In this document: one piece after another, positions 1 through 9,920 of the stretch
Layout of the letters: each line of letters begins with the position of its first letter
Position numbering within the stretch: position 1 is the first letter of the stretch
Source of the DNA: Lama glama
Taxonomy: Eukaryota
NCBI GenBank assembly: GCA_028534125.1
Contig: CM052821.1
Coordinates: forward strand, 53,630,001 to 53,694,000
Length of the DNA: 64,000 nt
Direction: 5' to 3'
Program-made: the position numbers and the translations under genes
The notes under the pieces: generated by a model
Told to the model about the DNA's origin: nothing
Seen by the model: only the letters and a program-made list of their open reading frames with translations
Database searches by the model: none

Positions 1-531
1 TGTAAAAACATCCAGCAGGTGAAAATGTGAGCGGGGGCGCGCACAGTGCAGATGGCATTTGGAGGCCGATTAGATTTCTCCAGCGCTAAAAGGCCCCCTG
101 AGGCAGCGTCCCCACCGCTGCGGTGGCCCCACCGATTGCTTTCATTTTCCTCAGCATTGGAGTGATTCAGTTTTAAGCCCGATTTCTGAGCGTGTTGCAA
201 GGAACTTCGGGGACCACAGTAGCCCTGGAGAGAGTCAAGCTGGAAATCAAACTCAAATTGGTGCTTCATTCCTATTAAAGGCGGCAGATTTCCGCCCTGA
301 ATGCGGGCTCAGCCAGCCGGAACGGGGAGCGAGTGGATTTTAGTGCCCAAGCAGTTGGAGCCTCAGGCTCAGCCTCTGGTGTCTCCGGCGGGGCTTGGGC
401 CTGGATGCTCCCTCTGGGAATGAGCCCTGTGTGGAGTTTGTTTTGATGTCGTGGGCGTTCAGGGCCTTGGGTGTGTGCCAGGGTCTAGACTCACCCAAAT
501 TCCTTCCTCTGCTTCCCAGTCATCATCTACA

Positions 532-735
532 GAGGGGTCTGCAGACTTCTACTGTAAAGGGTCAGACAGGAAATATTTCAGTCTTGTGGCAGCTGCTGAA
601 CTCTGCCGCGACAGCCAGCCAGCGGCCGTAGGAAGTGCTGAACGGATGGCCCTGGCTGTGTTCTAACGAAGCTTATTCACCAGGTCAGGCCAGGGGCCAC
701 ATTTGGCCCTCATGGCCGTAGTTTGCAGACCCCTG
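532..735 (+). mobile_element. MER58-like hAT-Charlie MITE
   Basis: Terminal inverted repeats aggggtctgcagact / agtttgcagacccct; internal ctgtaaagggtcagacaggaaatattt; atcta on both flanks. Confidence 0.8.
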
Positions 736-1834
736 ATCTATGACATAGAGTCTACTCTCTTGGTTTGGGGTATGTATTGGCCCTTTCTGTTTTCTTAAAC
801 TTTAAATAAGAAGAAATGCCAATAGACCCCCTCCCCAACAATGATGTCCTGCACCCTTTAAGACTCCGTAGTTGGCAGGGAGAGAGGCAAGACTTGGGTC
901 ACTTGTCCCCTCTTAGTTTGGTGACCTTGAGCTGGGCTCAGCCTCCTTCCCTTCTCTGAACAAGGGGCTTGATGGCAGCAGCTCCCTCACCGACCTCCAG
1001 GATGGCTTCAAGAGTTAAACTCGATAATGTGTGAAAAGAGCCTCGTGAGCTGCCAGGTGTCATCTAAGTGTGCAGACATTTGTCACCAGGCACACGCATG
1101 GAGGAGCACACTGGGCAGAGGCGTGGGGACAGAAGCTGAGGCCGGGCACTGCTTCCACCTGAGCCACCCTCACGCCCCTTTTGGGCGCTGGGTCTGGCTG
1201 TTGCTGTCCCGCCTGTGGACTCCGGTCCCGGGCGGCCTGTGGCTGTCCCTCGCGGCGTCTGGCTTCCTGGCTCCATCTGTGCTGAGTGACAGCCGCGCAG
1301 GGGAGAAGCGTAGATTTCCATGACACTTCAGCCAGGCAGCCGTAAAAGTCCGTCTGCCAGGTAGTAGAAAAGGTCTCGTTTGACAGGTGCCGGGTAATAA
1401 AAGACATGTGCTTCGTGGCTGCAAATTCCCTGCTGCAAAATCTATATAGTTCTTACAAAGCGAGAGAGAGAGGGCCCGGAAGAGCTGTTCTGCTCAGGCT
1501 GTTTATAGGCACTGGTGGGACTAATAACAGAGTGGAGAATGTTCTGCTGGCTAAGCTGTAGCTGCACATAGCCTGTGACTCTGCCCCTGGGCGTTTGGCC
1601 ACTGAGGAAGCCGTGTCGGCCCAACCTTGACATGTGCCAGGTCAGTGGTGCCGTGTGTCAGTGAGCATGTGGGCAGGTGATGGGGGCGAGCTTCGCCACA
1701 GCGGGAAGGGGAGAGAGGCAGCTACCCACTTGCCCTTTGGATGGGAGGAGCCGTGTGGATGGTCCGCACTGCACTTTAAATAAACGATGCTCAGACTAGG
1801 AGCACTTGGCTTATGTTAACATATGGCTTCTCTG

Positions 1835-2281
1835 TTAGGGCTTGAGTTGTGCGCCCCCGAAAGAAGTGTTCAAGTCCTGATCCCTGGGGCCTGTGAATGT
1901 GCCCATTTCAGGAAATAGGATCTCTGCAGAAGTGAATGAGACGTACATGAAGATGTCATCTTGGAGTCGGATGGGCCCTAATCCAGCATGACCAGGGCCC
2001 TTAGAAGAGGAGGGGCAGAGAGACACAGGTCCATGTGGGGAGGAGGCCATGTGAGCACAGAGCAGGGACAGGAGGGGTGCAGCCCCCAGCCAAGGGCTGT
2101 TGGCCGCCTCCAGCCACTAGGAAGAGGCAGGAAGGGCCCTCCCCGGGGCCTCCAGGGGGTGCGGCCCTGCCTGCACCTCGATCTCAGACTTCCAGCCCCC
2201 AGACTGGGAGTGAGTGAACGTCTGTTGCGTTGAGCCCCCCAGGCTGTGCTCGCCTGTTGCAGCAGCTCTTGGACACTGATG
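1835..2281 (+). mobile_element. MLT1 (MaLR) solo LTR
   Basis: gttcaagtcctgatccc...gtgaatgtg...ggaaatagg...gggccctaatcca...gcagcagctcttggacactgat resembles the MLT1A-C consensus. Confidence 0.8.
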
Positions 2282-2614
2282 CCGTCTCGGCGGGCCTCTG
2301 ACTTGCCGGTGGTCAGGTTCTCCAGCCAGTGAGGTTGTGAGTAAAATCTGCTGGTTGCAGGGAGAAGTCAGGTTAAACTGCGGGTGTTCCATGAAAGCTC
2401 CTTTACCCGAGAGGTGGTGAGAATGGGGACAGGCAGTTGGCGCCGGACCTGCTCAGTTGTCGCTGGTAGACCCAGGAGAGATCTCCGACTCCAGCCTGCT
2501 CCCTCAGCCGACTCTGAGAGTGCCGGAGGAGTTCCCGTTCCTGCTGTCACCCCGCTCCTAAATCCACGCCTTAAAAATACTAAGAGATTGTGTTATGATC
2601 TCTGTTAATCATTG

Positions 2615-2836
2615 AAAAGTCGGCAGTTTTTTCTGGAAAGGTCCAAAGAACAGATCCTGTAGACTTTGTGAGCAATCTGGTTCCTATAGAAATGACCCCA
2701 CTCTGCCCTTGTGGCGTGAAAACCACCAGAGAGGATACACAAGCATGTAGGTGTGGGTGTGCGCCAGTTAAACCTTCTCCACAGAAGGGGGTGGTGGGCT
2801 AGGTTTGGCCCCCTGGCTACACTTTGCCAATCCCTG
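2615..2836 (+). mobile_element. MER58-like MITE (second copy)
   Basis: Ends tttggccccctggctacactttgccaatccctg; similar to 532-735. Confidence 0.65.
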
Positions 2837-3149
2837 GTTTAAACCAACAATTAAAAAGACCCCCACGTTTGTATGACATGTTCTACTTTCTAGAATGTTC
2901 TTAGAGCAATGGCCATTTAAAGTATCTGTTACTGCTCCCTGCACCTTTTACAGGGGTCCCCTGAAACGAGTATCAGAACATAATGTGGTCAGTGTGGATA
3001 AACAGTCACCGTTATCTTCCCCATGAGAGGATGGAGGGCCTGGTGCCCAGGAGGTACTTACTGTGTGTCTTGTCCCAAGCTCCCTCCTTCTTGGGAACCC
3101 GGGAGTTAAAAAGTATGTCGCGACACAGCTTTGCTAGCAGTGGCCCCAA

Positions 3150-3590
3150 AGTGAAGATAACCCATGTGTCCATGGGCAGAGGAATGGACAAGTGAAATGT
3201 GCTTTATTCATACAAGGGAATACGATTCAGCCTTGAAAAACGAGGGAAATTCTGATGCACGCTCCACCAGGGATGAATCCGGAGGACATCACACTGCATA
3301 AAATAAGTCAGACACAAAAAGACAGATACTGTGTGATTCCACTCAGGTGAGGTGACGAGAATAGTGAGATTCTAAAGACAGAACGTAGGATNNNNNNNNN
3401 NNNNNNNNNNNNNNNNNNNNNNNNNNNNNNNNNNNNNNNNNNNNNNNNNNNNNNNNNNNNNNNNNNNNNNNNNNNNNNNNNNNNNNNNNNNNNNNNNNNN
3501 NNNNNNNNNNNNNNNNNNNNNNNNNNNNCCACTGAGCCGTACACTTAAAGATGGTGAAAATGGAAAATTTTATGTTTAAAAAGTGAAAAG
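3150..3590 (+). mobile_element. L1MB-type LINE-1 3' fragment (spans gap 3392-3528)
   Basis: aaataagtcagacacaaaaagacagatactgtgtgattccact ... gtacacttaaagatggtgaaaatgg. Confidence 0.8.
3392..3528. other. Assembly gap (137 N)
   Basis: N run inside an L1. Confidence 1.
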
Positions 3591-4489
3591 ATATTGTGGA
3601 ATATATTGCACTTACAGAAGAGTATGAACAGTGTAAAGAATAATGAATAAACTCCCGTGGTCCTGCGTCTGGGCCTGGGTGACACTGCCTGCACCCCTCC
3701 CCCTTGGGGCTCTTCTCCCAGCAGAGGGGACCCACCGCCCCCTTGAACGTGCCCTTAACATCTGTGCCTTTTCTTGTGTGGTTACCACCTACGCACACGC
3801 TCATCTACGTTTTCAGGCTTTGCCTGACTTTGAACTTCACATGCCTGGAGCCCTGCTGGGCACCCACAGCTCAGCCTAGCCCCACCAGGCAGCCCCGCCA
3901 CCCACCTGTGTCACATCCCTCGCTGGGACCACTGTCACTTTGGAAGTCAGGAGAGGGTGAGGCTGCGCCTGGGCTGCACGTGGGTTTCCTCTGGCTGAGT
4001 TTTGATTCGAGGCAGGACAGGTGGCGAAGGGAGCTGACCCTGATGCTGGTGCCCGGCTCCCAGCTCTGCCCGCACGGTTCCCTCCCTGCTAAATCTGGCC
4101 AGGCGATTCACTCTGCCTCTCTCTGCTGTCGCCAGTTTTCCTAAGCAGGTGATGGGACGGCGTCAGCGTGTGGGTGAGGGTGACTCCGTCAGATGCTCAA
4201 GCAGGCAGCTGGGTGGGAGCAGGCGGCGGAGTTCTTGTTGGACGGCCCCTGATGCTGGTGGCCTCTCTCATTTTTTTTGCTGCTTGTCTCAACCTGGCCA
4301 AAATGCTCGGCTTGTAAGCCTGTAGTTCCACTTGTGGGGAAATTAAACACATTTAGGAGCAAATTAAATTAGGGGATTTGTGATCGTTAGCTAAGCCAAT
4401 AATTTTTTGAAAAATGTAATGTGCCAGGCAGGCTGCAGCGCATGGCAGTGTCACAGTATTTGTTAGGGTGAAGGATAATTTTACAAGCC

Positions 4490-4575
4490 AGTCAAGGCAC
4501 CTATAATGGGGTTATTTGGCTCTGAAACGAATGAAGTGACTGCAGAGCAGAAACGGCTGCTAAAAATAAGCTGTG
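4490..4575. promoter_or_regulatory. Candidate muscle enhancer core: CArG box plus MEF2 site
   Basis: CCTATAATGG (4500-4509) fits CC(A/T)6GG; CTAAAAATAA (4560-4569) fits YTA(A/T)4TAR; lies in non-repeat, AT-rich sequence. Confidence 0.55.
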
Positions 4576-5088
4576 TGCTTGTAGAGCGTCCAGGGACAAG
4601 AGACGAGGCTCGTGCTGGGTCTCAGCCCGGAGCGAGCTGCTCGCTGTGTCCTAGGGGGCATCCAAGGGGGCACTTGTGACTGTGGTCCAAGGCCTGAATT
4701 TTTCAGCACTTTGTCTGATTCCGGGGTGACCTCAGCCACGCTCAGGACCGGTGGCTAGAACTGGGGTGTTCACTTTCTAGTTTATAGTGTGTCTGGAGTT
4801 CAGCTGGGATCCTGTCTCTGCCCTCACACCTGGGAGTGGGGGGCTGGAGGTGGGGGGACCCTTCCTTGCCTTTTCCTAGTCCCTGTGGATGTGGTGTCGT
4901 GGTGTCTTTGGCTTGTAGACACAGCACTCCAGCCTCTGCTTCTGTTGTCTCTTCTTCCCTCTATGTGTGTCTGTTTCCAAATTGCCTTTCTCCTATAAGG
5001 ACACCGGTAGGGCCACCCGAGTCCTGTACGACCCCTTCTTAACTTGGTTACATCTGCAGAGGCCCAATCTCCAAATAAAGTCGGGAGT

Positions 5089-5229
5089 GGGGAGGGGATA
5101 GCTCAGTGATAGAGCACGTGCTTAGCACACACGAGGTCCTGGGTTCAATCCCCAGTACCTCCATTTAAAAAGAAATAACAAATAAATCTAAATAAATCTG
5201 GTAACCCTCTCTCTGGTCTCCTCCCCAAA
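5089..5229 (+). mobile_element. Vic-1-type (camelid) tRNA-Ala-derived SINE
   Basis: ggggaggggatagctcagtgatagagcacgtgcttagc...gggttcaatccccagtacctcca plus A-rich tail. Confidence 0.88.
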
Positions 5230-5320
5230 GGAAATGTTCTTCAATGAATTAAGGTGATGATGGCACAGCTTTGTGAGGATACTGAAAACCACTGAATTGC
5301 ATACTTTACAAGAGTGAATT
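5230..5320 (+). mobile_element. Isolated ~90-bp L1MB 3' UTR fragment between two SINEs
   Basis: ggaaatgttct...ggtgatgatggcacagctttgtgaggatactgaaaaccactgaattgcatacttt...gtgaatt. Confidence 0.8.
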
Positions 5321-5494
5321 GGGGGGTGGTTGTAGCTCAGTGGTGGAGCGTGTGCTTAGCTGGTGCAACTGGGTGCAATCCTCAGTACCTCTGTTAAAAT
5401 AAACAAGCAAATAAATAAATAAATACACCTAATTACCTCTCTACCTCTCCCCCTAAAAAACAAAAAAGAGAAAAAAACATAATTAGTTAAAAAA
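5321..5494 (+). mobile_element. Vic-1-type SINE (more diverged)
   Basis: gtagctcagtggtggagcg...cagtacctc; tail aaataaataaatacacctaattacctc and A-rich end. Confidence 0.85.
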
Positions 5495-5604
5495 GTAAGA
5501 TCATATTCACAGGTTCTGGGTGGATGTGAATTTTGGGGGGACAATATTCAACCCATCGTCCTCTGGACGCTGTAAATGTCTTAAAACCCTATTACTATTT
5601 AAAA

Positions 5605-5808
5605 ATTTTTTTTAATTGAACTATTGCCAGTTTACAATGTTGTGTTAAATCCTGGTGTGCAGCGCAGTGATCCAGTTACACATAGATATAAATGTTCCTT
5701 TTCATAGTCTTTTTTATTATAGGCTGTTACGAGGTGTTGAATGTGGTTCCCTGTGTTCCCTGGGGGGCCTTGCTGTTTGTCTGCTTTATGCATAGTAGTT
5801 AGTGTATT
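5605..5808 (-). mobile_element. LINE-1 3' end (artiodactyl/camelid type)
   Basis: Poly-T, then aattgaactattgccagtttacaatgttgtgtta; reverse complement resembles the 3' end of the 8436-8895 copy. Confidence 0.8.
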
Positions 5809-6974
5809 ATTACCATGATTATTACTTTCTTAGAAGAGAGAGTGATGGGATAGACCATAAACACACAGGGGATCATATTTCACCTTGACTGTGCACACTC
5901 CGTGGTTCTTCTGGAAGACTGTTCTTGGTTTTGGAGGAAAAGGGCGCAGGAGGATTGGTCCCTCTCTTTTTCTTCGACAAAGACTGTGTGAAGCTTGTGT
6001 TTGCAAAGTGCCCACAGCTTACAGACCGACAAACCCTTTTAGATGAACTTCTTTCTGCTCTGTGATTTCATTCTGTTACACTTTCTCAGTCGCAAGACAA
6101 ACAGCAGTTTTTTCTGACGTATCCGCCACTCTCTGCCACCTCGGGACGTTCACTGAGCTGGTAGCGTGACCATTCTTGTTCCTGGGGGAGGAGAGACGGC
6201 GTCGCCGCGGAATGTGGGTGTCGGGTGGAAACCCAGAACCTCACGGACTTGCTGTCGGGGGTGCTGGCTGGAAAGGAGGTGCCGTCATCCCCTCCTCTGA
6301 AAGGTCTCGCTCTGCTTGTTTGACAGGTACGGAGGATGTGTCATCAAACAGATGCAAAGGCTGCTGTCACTCGGTTTTAAATAGCACTTGTCGCTCTCCT
6401 CGTGGTGTGTTGCTCAGTGTGAGGCAGGCGGGTGGGTGGGTCGTTGCAGGTTGCTCTTCCCCCTGCAGTGACACTTTCTCCACTTGTCGCGGGAGGAGAT
6501 CTTGCTCATGGACTGAGAAGGGGGAGAGGACGTTCAGAAATGAAAAGTGGCTTCTCACATGAGAATTCCGTGGCTGATTGTCACGGGGGCATCTTCGGCT
6601 GTGATACTTGGGGCGAGGCGAGCTGCTCCCAATAGGAGACTCGTCAGCGTGTGAGGAGGAGAAGCTGGGGCTGAGCCGGGAGCGAAAGCAACTGGTGGTG
6701 AGAAAGGTGGTGGGGGCGGGCGTTTTGGGGTCCGTGTCCCGGTGTTTCGGGTGTGGGTGTGCGGAGGCCAGGGCTTGCTGGGTGAAGCTGTCGGGTGACA
6801 GAGCTGCGGTAGATGTCAGTACCTACGCAGGGTCGGAATCAACTTGGGTTCTTGGGCGCAGGCCAGGGCGATGCAGTTTGCTCTGTCTCAAGACGAGAAA
6901 GTGGAGGGAGCCCTCTGACAAGGCGGCCAGAGTGGGCTGCTGGATTCGGATGCCTCCTTCCTCAACGCCTTCCG

Positions 6975-7325
6975 CCCTGAAGTCGCCACAGACCCCGAAT
7001 TAGCAAATGCTGGAACGCTGCTCGGGGGAAACGCAGAGCAAGGTTTCTGGTCTCTGTGTCACCGTGTTTTATGTGTGCTTCTGTTCAAAGACACCTTATT
7101 AAGTGTATATTGCTGGCTCCTTAACGTGGAACTCCAGGCCACCAGCACTGTGACTCGTGCCTTGAATGAAGCGTGTCGGACAAGCGTTTTCCCCACGAGG
7201 CCTCTCGCTCGCAGCGTTCCCGCATGTGGGAACCCTAGACAGCACCTCACTGTGCCTGGGGCCGTTTAAACAGTGGCTTCACCCACAAAAAGCACAAATG
7301 TGCAAAACGTGGCCCTCAGTGGCCA
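6975..7325 (-). mobile_element. MER82-like Tigger DNA transposon fragment
   Basis: aaagacaccttatt...ccagcactgtgactcgtgcc...ggaaccctagacagcac...aaaaagcacaaatgtgcaaaacgtggc matches my recollection of MER82 (minus strand). Confidence 0.7.
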
Positions 7326-8435
7326 CTGGGAACCCTAATTTTCTGCTGTTCTGCTGCATGTGTCTGTGAATGCCCTGTACATGTCAGGAGGACTGATTTG
7401 GGGGTTCCAGGTCATTTTAGTGAGTTGGCGAATTGGCAGATACAGAGTCCACGATCAGTGAGGATGGACTGTATTTGTTTGGCAAGTATTTGTGTTTCCT
7501 CCAGGCCTGACCTCCACCTTGCAGTTTGGAGGCAGGCAAGTGCGGATGGTCGGGGTGGAGAGCGCTCCCCGGGGCGTGGCGGTCCCCAGGGTCAGACCCC
7601 TGCCCATGGGCATGTGTGGTGGTCCAGCGCTGTCACAGCTGGCCTCTGGTCTGGTCACTCCTCCGAGGCTGCTCTGTGTGGGGTCCACACTCAGAAAGGA
7701 CAGGGTCTCTGCTCTTGGGGACCTGGCTGTCAGCTGCTCCTGGTCTAGAGGACAGCGCCAGCCCCCTGAGCATGTGGCCACACCTTCCTGGTTATGTGGT
7801 GACAGTCGGGTCACAGTCATGGTTCTGTGTGAGGGTGTGTCATTCCGGGTGGCCTGGTCTTCCCAGCCCTGGATTCCTTTTCCCTTCAGCGTGCTTTGTG
7901 GAGGGGATAACACGGGACCTGGACCTGGAGGTGACATGAGCTGAGCAGAGAGGGCACAGCAGGCTGACGTTTGTCGAGAGGCCCTGTGAGTTTCCCCGAG
8001 GCCAGGCTTAGGAGCGTCTGGAGCTTTGGATCTAGAGGCCATCAGAGGTTGATGTCCGATGTCCTGACCTGGAAGGGGGGTTGGCGGGGCTGGGAGGGTC
8101 CCTGGCTCTGAGTCGTGTGGCTCTGAAGCATCCGTCAGCTTTGCAGGTTATTCTGTCCATCATTTCCCAGGTTTGACTGATTGTACGAACTGACTGGAGC
8201 TGCGGGGGAAGAAGGAGGGTGGCATTTCTCAGGCTTTTCCTGGGGTGGCGCTGGGCGAGGCCCTCACAGCCCCTGTGGGCATGAACCCGGCCTGCCTCCC
8301 GAGAGACATGTCTGAGGCCATCCTGAGACGGCCAGGAAGAATGAAAATGGTGAGACAGCCCAACGTTTATTGAGTGTCTGCTGTGTACCAGACCGGTGGC
8401 TCTGGTGTATCTTCTGGTTCAAAGTCACCTTCCAA

Positions 8436-8895
8436 CCTGGAGATGATCACGTTAGACAGAGAAAGACAGTTACCATATGATATCACTTATATGTGGAATC
8501 TAAAAAAAAACGACACAGATGAACTTATTTACAGACCAGAAACAGACTCACAGACAGAAAACAAACGTGGTTACCAAAGGGGGAAGGGACTGAGGGGAGG
8601 GATAAATTAGGAGTTTGGGGTTACCAGATACAACTAGTATACATAAGATAAATAAACAGCAAGGACCTACTGTAGAGCACAGGGAATTATATTCATTATT
8701 ATTTTTTATTTTTGATGGGGGCGGTAACTAGGTTTATTTATTATAATGAAAGCTGTATTCAGTATCTTGTCATAAGCTATAATGGAAAAGAATCTGGAAA
8801 GGAATATGTATGTGTATAACTGAATCACTTTGCTGTACACCTGAAACTAACACAACATTGTAAATCAACTGTACTTCAATAAAAAAATAAATAAA
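8436..8895 (+). mobile_element. LINE-1 3' end with poly-A, containing a short inverted SINE-tail insert (~8697-8755)
   Basis: gatatcacttatatgtggaatctaaaa...gaatcactttgctgtacacctgaaactaacacaacattgtaaatcaact, then AATAAA/poly-A; insert flanked by a tattca duplication. Confidence 0.88.
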
Positions 8896-9054
8896 TGCAA
8901 CTGAACTGAGGGGGAGAAATAAACAAAAAACAAAGTCACCATCTAGGTCACCCTCTTACCTGACACATGTTGTCCTTCAACTTAACGCTTTGTTTTCTTA
9001 GAACTCAGCAGGTCTGGGGTCTCTCCTTGGCTATTTTTTTAAGTTTTTATTCCC

Positions 9055-9107
9055 CCTCGGACCTTGTGCACGCCAAGCATGCGCTTTACCACTGCGCCAT
9101 ATCCCCC
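9055..9107 (-). mobile_element. Vic-1-type SINE head fragment
   Basis: ggaccttgtgcacgccaagcatgcgctttaccactgcgccatatcccc. Confidence 0.7.
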
Positions 9108-9114
9108 ATCCCCT

Positions 9115-9335
9115 CTCCTTGGCTTACGGACAGTGTCCACCATGTCCTCACATCGTTGTCCCTCTGTGTGTGTCTGTGTCCTCATCTCCTCTTCTTAAAA
9201 GGACACCAGTCTGATGGGTTTAGGGCCCACCCATATCACCTCATTTGCCCTTGGTCATCTCTTTAAAGACCCTCTCTCCAAATTCAGTCATCTTCTGAGG
9301 TCCTGGATTTTGGGGGAACACAGTTCACCCCTAAT
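9115..9335 (-). mobile_element. MLT1A/MST-type LTR fragment
   Basis: ctcttcttaaaaggacaccagtc...ttagggcccacc...aaagaccctctctccaaa...gggggaacacagttcaccc. Confidence 0.75.
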
Positions 9336-9769
9336 AAGCTCCTACATCAGGTGGCCCAAATCGAGGGACTGTTAGACCAGGATCAGCTTTGGGACCGCCT
9401 TGGCCTTGGGTTCCTCGTAGCTGCTACCTTGGGAACTGGATCTCGACTCTGGATGACCAGTGGTTTGTACCAAGTCAGGGGACCCCGTCCTGCTGATGCC
9501 TTTGCCTGGGCTCAGGTGGGTCCACTAGGCAGCCGTGGGAACAGGCAGGTGGGTCCCACGACTGCTGGCTGCCCCAGAGGCCCTGCCGGCAGAGGGCCCA
9601 CTCCGGGTCCATCGCCCCTGTTAGGCTCACGCATTCCCTGCTGGAGCAAACCTGGAAATTGGCCCGTCAGTCAAGCCACGCCTACAGGGAGCATGCATTT
9701 CCCTCGGGATGGGAGGATTGCGAATAACCAGCGTAAATAGGAGTTAGCGACGCTTCTTCCTGGGCACCA

Positions 9770-9920
9770 TATAAATTCATTTATCCCTGCGGCAACCCCG
9801 TGAGGTCGGTCATTGTCATCAACTCTGTTTTACGGACGAGGGAACCAGACACAGACAGGTGGCCCACCCGGGTCACCCAGCCAGTAGGTGGCTGGCTCAG
9901 CTTTGAGGCGGGACAGTATG
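9770..9920 (-). mobile_element. MIR SINE (other MIR remnants at ~890-1050, 11400-11520, 28900-29020, 30385-30540)
   Basis: caaccccgtgaggtcgg...ttttacggacgagggaacc; other copies carry the gaggaaactgaggcacagag core. Confidence 0.65.

Larger units (their letters stand above)
4855..5560 (-). mobile_element. MLT1 LTR interrupted at 5083-5494 by a SINE-L1-SINE block
   Basis: Left part ends acatctgcagaggcccaatctccaaataaagtc; resumes aagatcatattcacagg...ggggggacaatattcaaccc. Confidence 0.8.

Noticed and set aside
5089-5163. tRNA-Ala(AGC)-like sequences (also 5321, 42490, 43159, 55055)
   Set aside because: Followed by A-rich SINE tails, present in several diverged copies and inserted in other repeats, so called SINEs rather than tRNA genes.
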